From a virus (lineage: Duplodnaviria > Caudoviricetes), in the IMG/VR virus record IMGVR_UViG_3300025383_000009: 64,000 nt of DNA; one strand, written 5' to 3'. Shown one piece after another: positions 1 through 7,032 of this stretch (its first letter is position 1; every line of letters starts with the position of its first letter). The translations under genes and the position numbers were made by a program. The notes under the pieces are model-generated. The model made no database searches and had not been told where the DNA came from. It saw nothing but the letters and a program-made list of their open reading frames with translations.

Positions 1-345
1 ATTTAGGTTCCTATTTCGTGGAGACGGATGATCAATCTTATAATGTGGTATGTCATACTTATCACATACTTTTGATACAAATCCACCAAGTGCAATCACT
101 ACTTTACCTTGTGTCTCTGTTAGTAATGCATCCACGTCTACATCAGACATCTTATAAGAGTTTATCTTATTAGGTATCACATTATGAAACGACCATTCAT
201 ATAGACCTACTGTGTCCATCCAATCCTTCAGACGTGCAAATGTCCCATTCTTAAACGGTGTAGTTTTAGATGAGGGACATTGGCCTAAGACTATAACTTC
301 GTCAGAAGGCCTATGATATGGAAGAAAATCCGTCACTGATTTCAT
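1..345 (-). CDS. Uracil-DNA glycosylase-like superfamily protein, 3'-truncated by the window edge (absent from ORF track)
   Basis: Manual translation from ATG at 345: MKSVTDFLPYHRPSDEVIVLGQCPSS...GKVVIALGGFVSK...HYKIDHPSPRNRNLN, open to base 1. The VIALG and HPSP motifs are UDG-fold-like. Confidence 0.6.
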   Translation of the reverse strand, partial: MKSVTDFLPYHRPSDEVIVLGQCPSSKTTPFKNGTFARLKDWMDTVGLYEWSFHNVIPNKINSYKMSDVDVDALLTETQGKVVIALGGFVSKVCDKYDIPHYKIDHPSPRNRNLN

Positions 346-351
346 AATATA

Positions 352-380
352 ATTATACCCCAAAGGGTATTAAAAGTACA
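352..380 (-). promoter_or_regulatory. sigma70-type early promoter (TGTACT-N17-TATAAT)
   Basis: Exact 17-nt spacer; the ATG of the UDG-like gene lies 6 nt downstream of the -10 box. Confidence 0.6.
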
Positions 381-381
381 A

Positions 382-696
382 TTAAGCTTTAAATTGGGCG
401 TCGTTTGCACCAGCTAATACGATACCAGAACCGTAGATCCTGTTATATTCGTTTAGTAGTTCTTTCTTAACGTCAGTAATTGCTGCGATAGATGTATGAT
501 ACACTGCAATAGTGCCATCATGGTAAGGCATAAAAGGAGAGAATCCGACGGATACTGTACCTTCTTTTGTTTGGTGATATACTAATGTGACACCATTTTC
601 AATGACCATTGCACCTTCTCCTGAAGATATAAGGCCACAAATGATCTCTTCACCACTAGTAAATTTAATTAGTTTAATATCTGCCATCTTGCTCAT
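382..696 (-). CDS. Conserved T4-like hypothetical protein (Sm-like fold suspected)
   Basis: IKLIKFTSGEEII N-terminus typical of small T4-like phage proteins. Confidence 0.5.
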   Translation of the reverse strand: MSKMADIKLIKFTSGEEIICGLISSGEGAMVIENGVTLVYHQTKEGTVSVGFSPFMPYHDGTIAVYHTSIAAITDVKKELLNEYNRIYGSGIVLAGANDAQFKA

Positions 697-898
697 CCTT
701 TAAAATTATAAATTCAATAAAATTTGCTGCTTCTTCTAAATTGCTAAAGTGTTTTACAAAGAACTTATCCACATCCATCATGTGATTACCTACAACCATG
801 ACAGACATATGCTTAAGAACGGAAACCTTTAGTTGATAGTTGCCTCTCCGCAAGAACGGATAAGAAACTAAATCTTTTGTCAATTCACTCTTCATCAT
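674..898 (-). CDS. Hypothetical protein
   Basis: ORF co-oriented and overlapping with neighbours in the operon. Confidence 0.55.
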   Translation of the reverse strand: MMKSELTKDLVSYPFLRRGNYQLKVSVLKHMSVMVVGNHMMDVDKFFVKHFSNLEEAANFIEFIILKDEQDGRY

Positions 899-910
899 AT
901 ATTTATGAGA

Positions 911-928
911 GGGGAGATTGCTCTCCCC
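911..928 (-). terminator. Hairpin after hsp20 (GGGGAGA-GCAA-TCTCCCC)
   Basis: Perfect 7-bp stem with a GNRA loop just after the stop codon. No U-tract, so it may be a stabilising or processing hairpin instead. Confidence 0.45.
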
Positions 929-934
929 ATCCCT

Positions 935-1486
935 TTAACTATCCATATCGTACTGTTGACCAGAGGCGTAATTAGCATCTTTAGCGTAGTCAGTTGGGTT
1001 ATCTCTTTCATTTAAGAGTTCTCTAACACGGTCGATACCAGTAGACGGCGTTAAGTTGTCCGTGATCTCGATTTGACGAGGTTTCTTAGATTCAGGGATA
1101 ACATTCTCAAGAGCGATACGTAAGATGCCATCTTTAAATTCAGCACCACGCACTTCGACCGTATCAGCCAACTTGATTGACTTAGTGAACGAACGCGTTC
1201 CGATACCTTTGTGGAGGTATTGTACATTGCCATCATCAGGATTCTTTTGTCCTTTGATGATCAATAAGCCTTCTTCTAAAGTGATAGTTACCTCTTGCTT
1301 ATTGAAACCAGCGATAGCCAATTCAACGATATATTCGTAATCGTCTAGCTTAATAATGTTGTGAGGTGGGAATGCTTGGTTGTTGTTTAGTGGTGCTGCG
1401 AGCATCTCATCAATCTCTCTTAGCATACTTTCAAAACCAATAGTTTGTGGCCAGATAGGGCCGAATGATACATTTGTAGTTCGCAT
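935..1486 (-). CDS. hsp20: Small heat-shock protein Hsp20 (IbpA-like)
   Basis: FPPHNIIK, ELAIAGF, YLHKGIGTRSFTKSIKLAD, AEFKDGILRIAL are alpha-crystallin/IbpA motifs. Confidence 0.95.
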   Translation of the reverse strand: MRTTNVSFGPIWPQTIGFESMLREIDEMLAAPLNNNQAFPPHNIIKLDDYEYIVELAIAGFNKQEVTITLEEGLLIIKGQKNPDDGNVQYLHKGIGTRSFTKSIKLADTVEVRGAEFKDGILRIALENVIPESKKPRQIEITDNLTPSTGIDRVRELLNERDNPTDYAKDANYASGQQYDMDS

Positions 1487-1554
1487 ATTTTTCTCCTTAG
1501 TTAAGCGAGTTTAACAAAATCCTGCCCCCGAAGGCTGCAGGTTTAGGCAGTTTC

Positions 1555-1680
1555 CTACCTAAATTTATTTATAATACGAAGGAATACTTTTTTAAGTTTT
1601 TGTTTACGAGTTAATGGTGCAGGAGGACTACCGATACAGCATACTCTGTCCCATTCTCGTTGAGTATAATTAGGCTGCAT
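1555..1680 (-). CDS. 41-aa small protein MQPNYTQREWDRVCCIGSPPAPLTRKQKLKKVFLRIINKFR (absent from ORF track)
   Basis: Manual translation; overlaps the stop of the omega-like gene and fills the gap. YxQxEWDR is a motif I recall from small T4-like phage proteins. Confidence 0.5.
   Translation of the reverse strand: MQPNYTQREWDRVCCIGSPPAPLTRKQKLKKVFLRIINKFR
1566..1573 (-). promoter_or_regulatory. T4-type late promoter TATAAATA upstream of hsp20
   Basis: Exact gp55 consensus on the minus strand. Confidence 0.6.
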
Positions 1681-1933
1681 CATCTATGATGTCTTGTAGT
1701 GCTTGGTTGATTGGCTTATAGCCATAGTAGTGGAGCTTCTCTGACTTGCGGTCTAGAAAGTCTCGACGTTTTTCAATATCTCTTGCTCTATAGGCAGCTT
1801 CAAGGATCATCGTATAACGGTTACCTTCACGAGTCTTTTCATGTGCTGCAAGTACTGCTGCTACGTCTACTCTTGGTAAATCAGCCTTCTTTTTGACTTG
1901 TTGCATTCCACTGTCCTCCATAATAACGTTCAA
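1670..1933 (-). CDS. RNA polymerase omega subunit (RpoZ)-like protein
   Basis: GNRYTMILEAAYRARDI...KPINQALQDI parallels the RpoZ pattern GNR(F/Y)xLVLxAAxRAR...K(P/T)xxxALxEI. Confidence 0.6.
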   Translation of the reverse strand: MNVIMEDSGMQQVKKKADLPRVDVAAVLAAHEKTREGNRYTMILEAAYRARDIEKRRDFLDRKSEKLHYYGYKPINQALQDIIDDAA

Positions 1934-2081
1934 GTTGACCTACATTATTTAATCTTTGATCACCGTCTTGTGGTGTGTCAAGCTTAACTGACCAGTCAAT
2001 CGCATCAAAGTTCTTATCAAATTCTTTGGTGGCAGTCTTAGATAAGATGCTGTCACCGGTGATATCATTCTTTGCTGCCAT
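1881..2081 (-). CDS. Small hypothetical protein
   Basis: AKNDITGDSILSK...FDKNFDAIDW N-terminus; translationally coupled (TAATG) to the upstream micro-ORF. Confidence 0.6.
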   Translation of the reverse strand: MAAKNDITGDSILSKTATKEFDKNFDAIDWSVKLDTPQDGDQRLNNVGQLERYYGGQWNATSQKEG

Positions 2082-2146
2082 TATTTTGGCAACTTATCTT
2101 TTTTTGGACGACCTTTGCTTTCTTTTTTCTTATCACGGTTTCCCAT
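2081..2146 (-). CDS. 21-aa basic micropeptide MGNRDKKKESKGRPKKDKLPK (absent from ORF track)
   Basis: Strong RBS AAGGAG 6 nt before the ATG; its stop overlaps the next start (TAATG). Confidence 0.6.
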   Translation of the reverse strand: MGNRDKKKESKGRPKKDKLPK

Positions 2147-2156
2147 AATTTTCTCC

Positions 2157-2426
2157 TTAATATAATTTTTTAGGTGGTTGACTTGATGCTACTTTTTTCA
2201 ACCAACGTTTCTTCGCCTGACTCTTTGCTTTCTTACGAGCTACACATGGCTTTTCATACTCCATACGTTCTCTTATTTCAATCAGAAGCCCTGAGTCTTC
2301 TACTTTGTTTCTAAACTTACGAAAAGCTTTTTCAAATTGGCCTTCTTGTACGTCTACAAATAACCCTTGTTTAGAGTCACTTTGTTTTGGCCTAGGTTTA
2401 CGATTAAATTCAGCCATTAGTAACAA
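2157..2426 (-). CDS. rpsU: 30S ribosomal protein bS21
   Basis: VDVQEGQFEKAFRKFRNKVEDSGLLIEIRERMEYEKPCVARKKAK matches the bS21 pattern. Confidence 0.92.
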   Translation of the reverse strand: MLLMAEFNRKPRPKQSDSKQGLFVDVQEGQFEKAFRKFRNKVEDSGLLIEIRERMEYEKPCVARKKAKSQAKKRWLKKVASSQPPKKLY

Positions 2427-2758
2427 GTTCTCGTTCTAGTCACGTTACCATATTGATCTACTGACTCAACCCATGCTGTACAGTTTTGATATACAGTTGG
2501 AGCTTGTTGATAGATCACTGTAGGTGCTGGTTGTACATAACGTGGTTGCGCTAGTTCGTAACCGATAACTCCACCAATTAAAGCTGGAGCAACCCAATTT
2601 ACACCACCTCCATGATAATACCCACCATGGTAACCACCATAATAGCCGCCATATCCGCCATGATAACCTGCGAATGCTGAGGTTGATGCTGTCGCTAATG
2701 CTAATACTGCTATAAGTTTTTTCATTGTACTTCTCCTATTCTGAGACCATTGTACCAT
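2417..2758 (-). CDS. Secreted Gly/Tyr/His-rich small protein (signal peptide)
   Basis: MKKLIAVLALATASTSAFA signal peptide, GYHGG repeats, and a Pro/Gln-rich segment followed by a Cys pair. Real start is probably MKKL (RBS AGGAG). Confidence 0.7.
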   Translation of the reverse strand: MVQWSQNRRSTMKKLIAVLALATASTSAFAGYHGGYGGYYGGYHGGYYHGGGVNWVAPALIGGVIGYELAQPRYVQPAPTVIYQQAPTVYQNCTAWVESVDQYGNVTRTRTCY

Positions 2759-2777
2759 ATTTATTAATTATTGTACA
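2749..2777 (-). promoter_or_regulatory. Early promoter TGTACA-N17-TACAAT
   Basis: Same motif family as the other early promoters in this window. Confidence 0.55.
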
Positions 2778-3159
2778 TAGGCCCAATTGTAACAATTTGT
2801 AACCACTTTTTAGATCTATTCTTATGCCATGCCTTAATAGATTCAGACATTTTTCTTTTTTGTTCATCTGACATTACAAATGACTTTTTACCTTTAGTTG
2901 CTAAACTCATTTTGCGCTTAGTTTCTTCAGATCTAGGAACTCCTGCTAAACCGCCTTTAGTTCCTTTTTTGCTTCTACTTATCTTTTTCTTAGATTCTTC
3001 AGTATGTTTTTTACCATACCAGTGGCTTTCTTCTTTTGGAAGACCTTTATTCCATGAATCTTCTATTATAATTTCAGAGTTAGCTTCTAGTTCTTCTTTA
3101 GTTATAATCATAGTTTTAAGGGAATTAAACTCTTCTGGAACCGGGGATAAATATGACAT
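2764..3159 (-). CDS. NUMOD3-repeat DNA-binding protein (homing endonuclease-derived, no nuclease domain seen)
   Basis: GKKHTEESKKKIS, PRSEETKRKMS and SDEQKRKMS repeats. The RBS AAGGAG favours a start at MSYLSP (3159) over 3222. Confidence 0.75.
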   Translation of the reverse strand: MSYLSPVPEEFNSLKTMIITKEELEANSEIIIEDSWNKGLPKEESHWYGKKHTEESKKKISRSKKGTKGGLAGVPRSEETKRKMSLATKGKKSFVMSDEQKRKMSESIKAWHKNRSKKWLQIVTIGPMYNN

Positions 3160-3226
3160 GCTGGCACTCCTTTTAGTGTTAGAGTCCTTGGAGATTGCCG
3201 TCTCGCGAAGGACATTTTTCATATTA

Positions 3227-3234
3227 TATTTATA
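3227..3234 (-). promoter_or_regulatory. Late promoter TATAAATA
   Basis: Exact consensus upstream of the NUMOD3 gene. Confidence 0.6.
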
Positions 3235-3260
3235 AAAAAGGGACCTCTAGGATCCCTTTT
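3234..3260 (-). terminator. Rho-independent terminator after pqqA
   Basis: AAAAGGGATCC-TAGA-GGTCCCTTTTTT: stem plus U-tract. Confidence 0.75.
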
Positions 3261-3280
3261 ATTCTTTAAGAATGATCGAA

Positions 3281-3352
3281 TTAACGATTCATTACATAAA
3301 GGGTAACTTCAAAGCCAAAGCGCATTTCAGTTGCTTGAGGTTTCGTCCACAT
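3281..3352 (-). CDS. pqqA: Pyrroloquinoline quinone precursor peptide PqqA (absent from ORF track)
   Basis: Manual translation MWTKPQATEMRFGFEVTLYVMNR (23 aa) with the invariant E-x3-Y; RBS AAAGGAG; terminator downstream. Confidence 0.93.
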   Translation of the reverse strand: MWTKPQATEMRFGFEVTLYVMNR

Positions 3353-3535
3353 AGTATTTCTCCTTTGTTTATAAAAATTTATAAACTCAGATCGTTAGAG
3401 AGAACGGCTTTTAACTCAGACATTCAAGGTCTAACTTGAGGCTCATATTCCTGTAGAGTTTCCCCTACATTACTATCTATACAATACTCTTAAAAAGAGA
3501 CTAGTTAAAAGTATTAATACTTAGTAATCCTGTGC

Positions 3536-3979
3536 TTAATATTCTGTATCAGATTTAGGCATCCTTTTGATGCCACCAATGTTATATTTTGGTACGAGTT
3601 CCCACTCACCCTTCTCTTTAAAGGACACTACCTTTATCTGAGATAAGCTAGCTTTTGGTTCTGCCTTAGACTTATCAAGGATCTTCAGCAGACCCCAGTC
3701 TTGAAGGAGTTCAGCAATGATATTGCGTCTCTCAATGTCAGACATGGAGATATCCGATTCCTTGCCATCTAGGGCAAATAATTCTTTGAAATGTACAATG
3801 AAGTACTTTCCTTGTTTATGTAGTATGTGGCATGATTGGAATAGCTTTTTGTCTTTTCGACTTGCTATACCTATGCGAGTTAGAGTCTCTCTGACTTTGA
3901 GGAAGTTATCCGGTTCGATCAAGTCAACTTCTAACATTGCATCTGGTGTCCAATCATAATATATCATGATACTTGTCAT
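3536..3979 (-). CDS. regA: RegA translational repressor
   Basis: FLKVRETLTRIGIAS...QSCHILHKQGKYFIVHFKELFALDG. Confidence 0.95.
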   Translation of the reverse strand: MTSIMIYYDWTPDAMLEVDLIEPDNFLKVRETLTRIGIASRKDKKLFQSCHILHKQGKYFIVHFKELFALDGKESDISMSDIERRNIIAELLQDWGLLKILDKSKAEPKASLSQIKVVSFKEKGEWELVPKYNIGGIKRMPKSDTEY

Positions 3980-4009
3980 TATAAATCTTTCTTTATTGAT
4001 TACATTATA

Positions 4010-4017
4010 TATTTATA
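4010..4017 (-). promoter_or_regulatory. Late promoter TATAAATA upstream of regA
   Basis: Exact consensus. Confidence 0.5.
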
Positions 4018-4023
4018 AGACTA

Positions 4024-4404
4024 TTAGTTTCTACCACCCTTATCATAGGCTTGCCTGATCTCCTCCATCTGCATTGTGGATAGGATACTGAGGACTTCAT
4101 GTGCTCTCTTCTCAGAGTAGTTATAGTGCTTCATGATAAGCTTGACCTGATCTGTGGTTGCATCCCTCTTATGCCACTTGGAGAACCTCTTCTTTTTAGG
4201 GATAGAGTTCTTGAGGAATTCAAACTGCCACTGTGTAGGGATCTGGGCGTGCATGTTCATCTCGTTGGCATACATCACTGTATCCGGGAAGAACGATAAC
4301 CCACGGTTGATCATGAAGGGAGCATAGTCCTTGGATGCCTGTGGATCCTGGAATAAGTCCTTCTTGTTCTCGTTTATGGCATTAAGGAAATCAAATGGTG
4401 TCAT
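4024..4404 (-). CDS. gp62: Clamp loader small subunit gp62
   Basis: PFDFLNAIN, YAPFMINRGLSFFPDTVMYANEMN; position after gp44. Confidence 0.93.
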   Translation of the reverse strand: MTPFDFLNAINENKKDLFQDPQASKDYAPFMINRGLSFFPDTVMYANEMNMHAQIPTQWQFEFLKNSIPKKKRFSKWHKRDATTDQVKLIMKHYNYSEKRAHEVLSILSTMQMEEIRQAYDKGGRN

Positions 4405-4585
4405 TTACCCATTCCTCTGCTGCAGCTTCTGCGATATCTTCATCTAACTGAGAATCTCTACTGATTAACTTACCGTCTTGGTATAGTTCTGCTATAAACC
4501 ATCTACCCCACTTATTAACCTTTGCTGTCTTGCCATTATCTTGGCCAAAGTATTCACTTAAAAATACTGTCTCAATATTACTCAT
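4391..4585 (-). CDS. Hypothetical protein
   Basis: Overlapping co-oriented ORF. Confidence 0.55.
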   Translation of the reverse strand: MSNIETVFLSEYFGQDNGKTAKVNKWGRWFIAELYQDGKLISRDSQLDEDIAEAAAEEWVNDTI

Positions 4586-4887
4586 TTTAAACCTACCTCT
4601 TCAAGATTTTGTTTGTTTGCCATGAAATTTGTATCGGGAAACCGTTTTTGTAGTAATGCGGTTATCTCGCCTCTTGTATTACCTTGTGCTAAGAACTGTT
4701 GGGTGTCTCTATTATATGCTAGTATGGCATGTTCCATCTTAACAAAGTTTATATTAACTATCTTTTTTTGAGGTAATGGAGCATCAGCAATATTACCTAA
4801 GATCTTTTGCACTTTATAATATATAAGGATCTTAAGTGCTATCCAACCTAAAAAGAATCCTGAGACAAACGTAAGAAAATAGTTCAT
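4582..4887 (-). CDS. Hypothetical protein with N-terminal membrane anchor
   Basis: Hydrophobic N-terminus MNYFLTFVSGFFLGWIALKILIYY. Confidence 0.55.
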   Translation of the reverse strand: MNYFLTFVSGFFLGWIALKILIYYKVQKILGNIADAPLPQKKIVNINFVKMEHAILAYNRDTQQFLAQGNTRGEITALLQKRFPDTNFMANKQNLEEVGLK

Positions 4888-5093
4888 GCCTTCCCTTCGA
4901 ATGGTGGAGTCCCACCGTTTTTAATATACTCGTCATAGCTACGCATCTTAACATTATGGATAGCTATCGCTGTTTCACGGATATTCTCCATCTTGTCTCC
5001 AGCTGGGTTTGACTGTACAAAACCTCGTTCGATTAGGTATGATGCTTTGTCCCAATCGTCTGAGTCGTATTCTCTTTTTACTTCATCTTGCAT
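4884..5093 (-). CDS. Hypothetical protein
   Basis: Overlapping co-oriented ORF. Confidence 0.5.
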   Translation of the reverse strand: MQDEVKREYDSDDWDKASYLIERGFVQSNPAGDKMENIRETAIAIHNVKMRSYDEYIKNGGTPPFEGKA

Positions 5094-6010
5094 GATGACA
5101 TAACCTCCGTAAGTGCAGCCATGAGGTTTAGTTCATGATCTGCAACGAACGCAGCCTTATACTGATAGTCAGCAAGTATCAATACTAATTGTGGGATACT
5201 AGCTGGCTCCATGTTTACTGAAGCTGTGTCGTATAGTTGTCTAAAGATATTTATAGTCTCTGAGTCTCCGTTCTTAGCTACCCACTTCCTAACTTCTGTG
5301 AAGTTCTTTTCCTTCATGTTGTTGATGAGTTGCTTGAATGAGTCTTCAGTCATGTTTACAAGGATGCCAGCATCGATCTTACCTGACACTGAATATCTCT
5401 GTAATTCGTTTAGTACACGTCTCCAATCAGGAAAGTGTTTAGTGACCAACTCTGCTACCACCTTCTGGTCTGCTTCAACGTTCTCTTGCTTTAAGATGTT
5501 CATGGTACGTTTGAAGAAGGACGCTGCGATCTCTTGCTTCTCTGTATTCTCGATCTTAAAGTCAATGACTGAACATCTACTATGTAACGGCTCGATGATA
5601 CGGTTCTTATAGTTACATGTAAAGATGAAACGACAGTTGTTAGAGAACTCTTCGATGAATGCTCTAAGCGCTGGTTGTGTAGAATTTGGGTTTAGATAGT
5701 CTGCTTCGTCTAGTATGATGACCTTCTTAGCGTCAGTCAACGATACTGTTGAGGCAAAGGATTTGATCTTGGTTCGAAGGACATCGATACCAGATTCTTC
5801 GGATCCGTTTATGAGAAGATACTCGGCTCCGATCTCGTTACATAATGCTTTGGCAACGGTGGTCTTACCCACACCTGCCGTACCACAAAATAAGAAGTTA
5901 GGCAGTTCACCGGTTTGGACGAACTGCTTGAATGTTTCTTTTAAGTTCTTTGGTAAAATACAATCTTCGATCGTCTGAGGTCTGTAGCGTTCAACCCATA
6001 AATATTCCAT
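5078..6010 (-). CDS. gp44: Clamp loader large subunit gp44 (AAA+)
   Basis: LWVERYRPQTIEDCILP, Walker A GTAGVGKT, ILDEAD, SRC motif. Confidence 0.97.
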   Translation of the reverse strand: MEYLWVERYRPQTIEDCILPKNLKETFKQFVQTGELPNFLFCGTAGVGKTTVAKALCNEIGAEYLLINGSEESGIDVLRTKIKSFASTVSLTDAKKVIILDEADYLNPNSTQPALRAFIEEFSNNCRFIFTCNYKNRIIEPLHSRCSVIDFKIENTEKQEIAASFFKRTMNILKQENVEADQKVVAELVTKHFPDWRRVLNELQRYSVSGKIDAGILVNMTEDSFKQLINNMKEKNFTEVRKWVAKNGDSETINIFRQLYDTASVNMEPASIPQLVLILADYQYKAAFVADHELNLMAALTEVMSSCKMK

Positions 6011-6034
6011 AATATCTCCATAATATAAATTAGC

Positions 6035-6712
6035 TTACGCTTCAAATGTTGAATCAGCTTCAACTGCTACATAATACACTAGATCACCTGCGCCTTTAAA
6101 GCGTGAGATCTTTTTAGATGAGATAGAAACATCATAGTCACCTGGTACCATCTTAAGGTTCTCGATCTTGAGGTTCACCTTAAACACCGATGTTGTCGTA
6201 CCTAAGGTATATGTATATGCATTTGATGTTGCATTCTTCTTATCACCCACGACCACTTGGATGGTTGATCCATCACCCAACAGTGCAACATCTGTAGACT
6301 TGAGGATTGGTGCGGTCTTGAGGATCATAGCTAATACGTTTGCTTCAAGCTTGAAGTTGATCTCTGCATCGGGGAATACGATCTCTTTCTTAGGTACAAC
6401 GATAGAGTTAGGTGCTGCAGCAAAGTACTTGATACTGCTGTTACCTTGTTTCACTGTCACTGTCTTTTCAGAGAACTCAAGATCTGGATCCTCAAATAAT
6501 GATAGCACAGCAAGGAACTCGTTCACATCATAGATACCGAACTCATTAGGGAATGTTTCAGTAACTGTACATGATGACATGATGGTGTTACTTACTGCAA
6601 TTGTAGATAGTACATTGCCTGGTTTAAATAACAAGTTGTTATTGATTGAGGCATAGTTTTTAATCAGTGCCAATGTTTCTTTACTTAGTTTCATTATATT
6701 TTCCTTCATCAA
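6035..6712 (-). CDS. gp45: Sliding clamp gp45
   Basis: MKLSKETLALIKNYASIN...FGIYDVNEFL...YYVAVEADS. Confidence 0.95.
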   Translation of the reverse strand: MMKENIMKLSKETLALIKNYASINNNLLFKPGNVLSTIAVSNTIMSSCTVTETFPNEFGIYDVNEFLAVLSLFEDPDLEFSEKTVTVKQGNSSIKYFAAAPNSIVVPKKEIVFPDAEINFKLEANVLAMILKTAPILKSTDVALLGDGSTIQVVVGDKKNATSNAYTYTLGTTTSVFKVNLKIENLKMVPGDYDVSISSKKISRFKGAGDLVYYVAVEADSTFEA

Positions 6713-7019
6713 GATCTAACATAAACATTAAACAACAAATCGCATGAGCTATATGATTGACTCCTGTTTCAGGATCATACATCTCACCTTCTTTATATGC
6801 CCACAGGTGTCTCTGTGCTGCATCAAAATACCTACGATTGCCATCTGGTACTCTACGCCAATTATCAGGCTCATACTTCTCTGCGCCAAATGTCAATACT
6901 TTAACAGTCTCGCGTAAAGCGAGAGGTGGAATAAGTCCATATTGCAACTTACCACCATCGAATTTGCGTCCACCTTTGTGGTCTTTACTCTGCGAAATCT
7001 TTAATTCGTCTTTAGTCAT
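6681..7019 (-). CDS. DUF5664-type dATP/dGTP diphosphohydrolase-like protein
   Basis: GRKFDGGKLQYGLIP...GAEKYEPDNW...RHL...DPETGVNHIAHAICCLMF. Confidence 0.8.
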   Translation of the reverse strand: MTKDELKISQSKDHKGGRKFDGGKLQYGLIPPLALRETVKVLTFGAEKYEPDNWRRVPDGNRRYFDAAQRHLWAYKEGEMYDPETGVNHIAHAICCLMFMLDLDEGKYNETK

Positions 7020-7032
7020 CGTGTCTCCTCTG

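Noticed and set aside
2771-3235. 154-aa plus-strand ORF antisense to the NUMOD3 gene
   Set aside because: It is the hydrophobic mirror of Lys/Glu-rich codons, with no promoter or RBS support.
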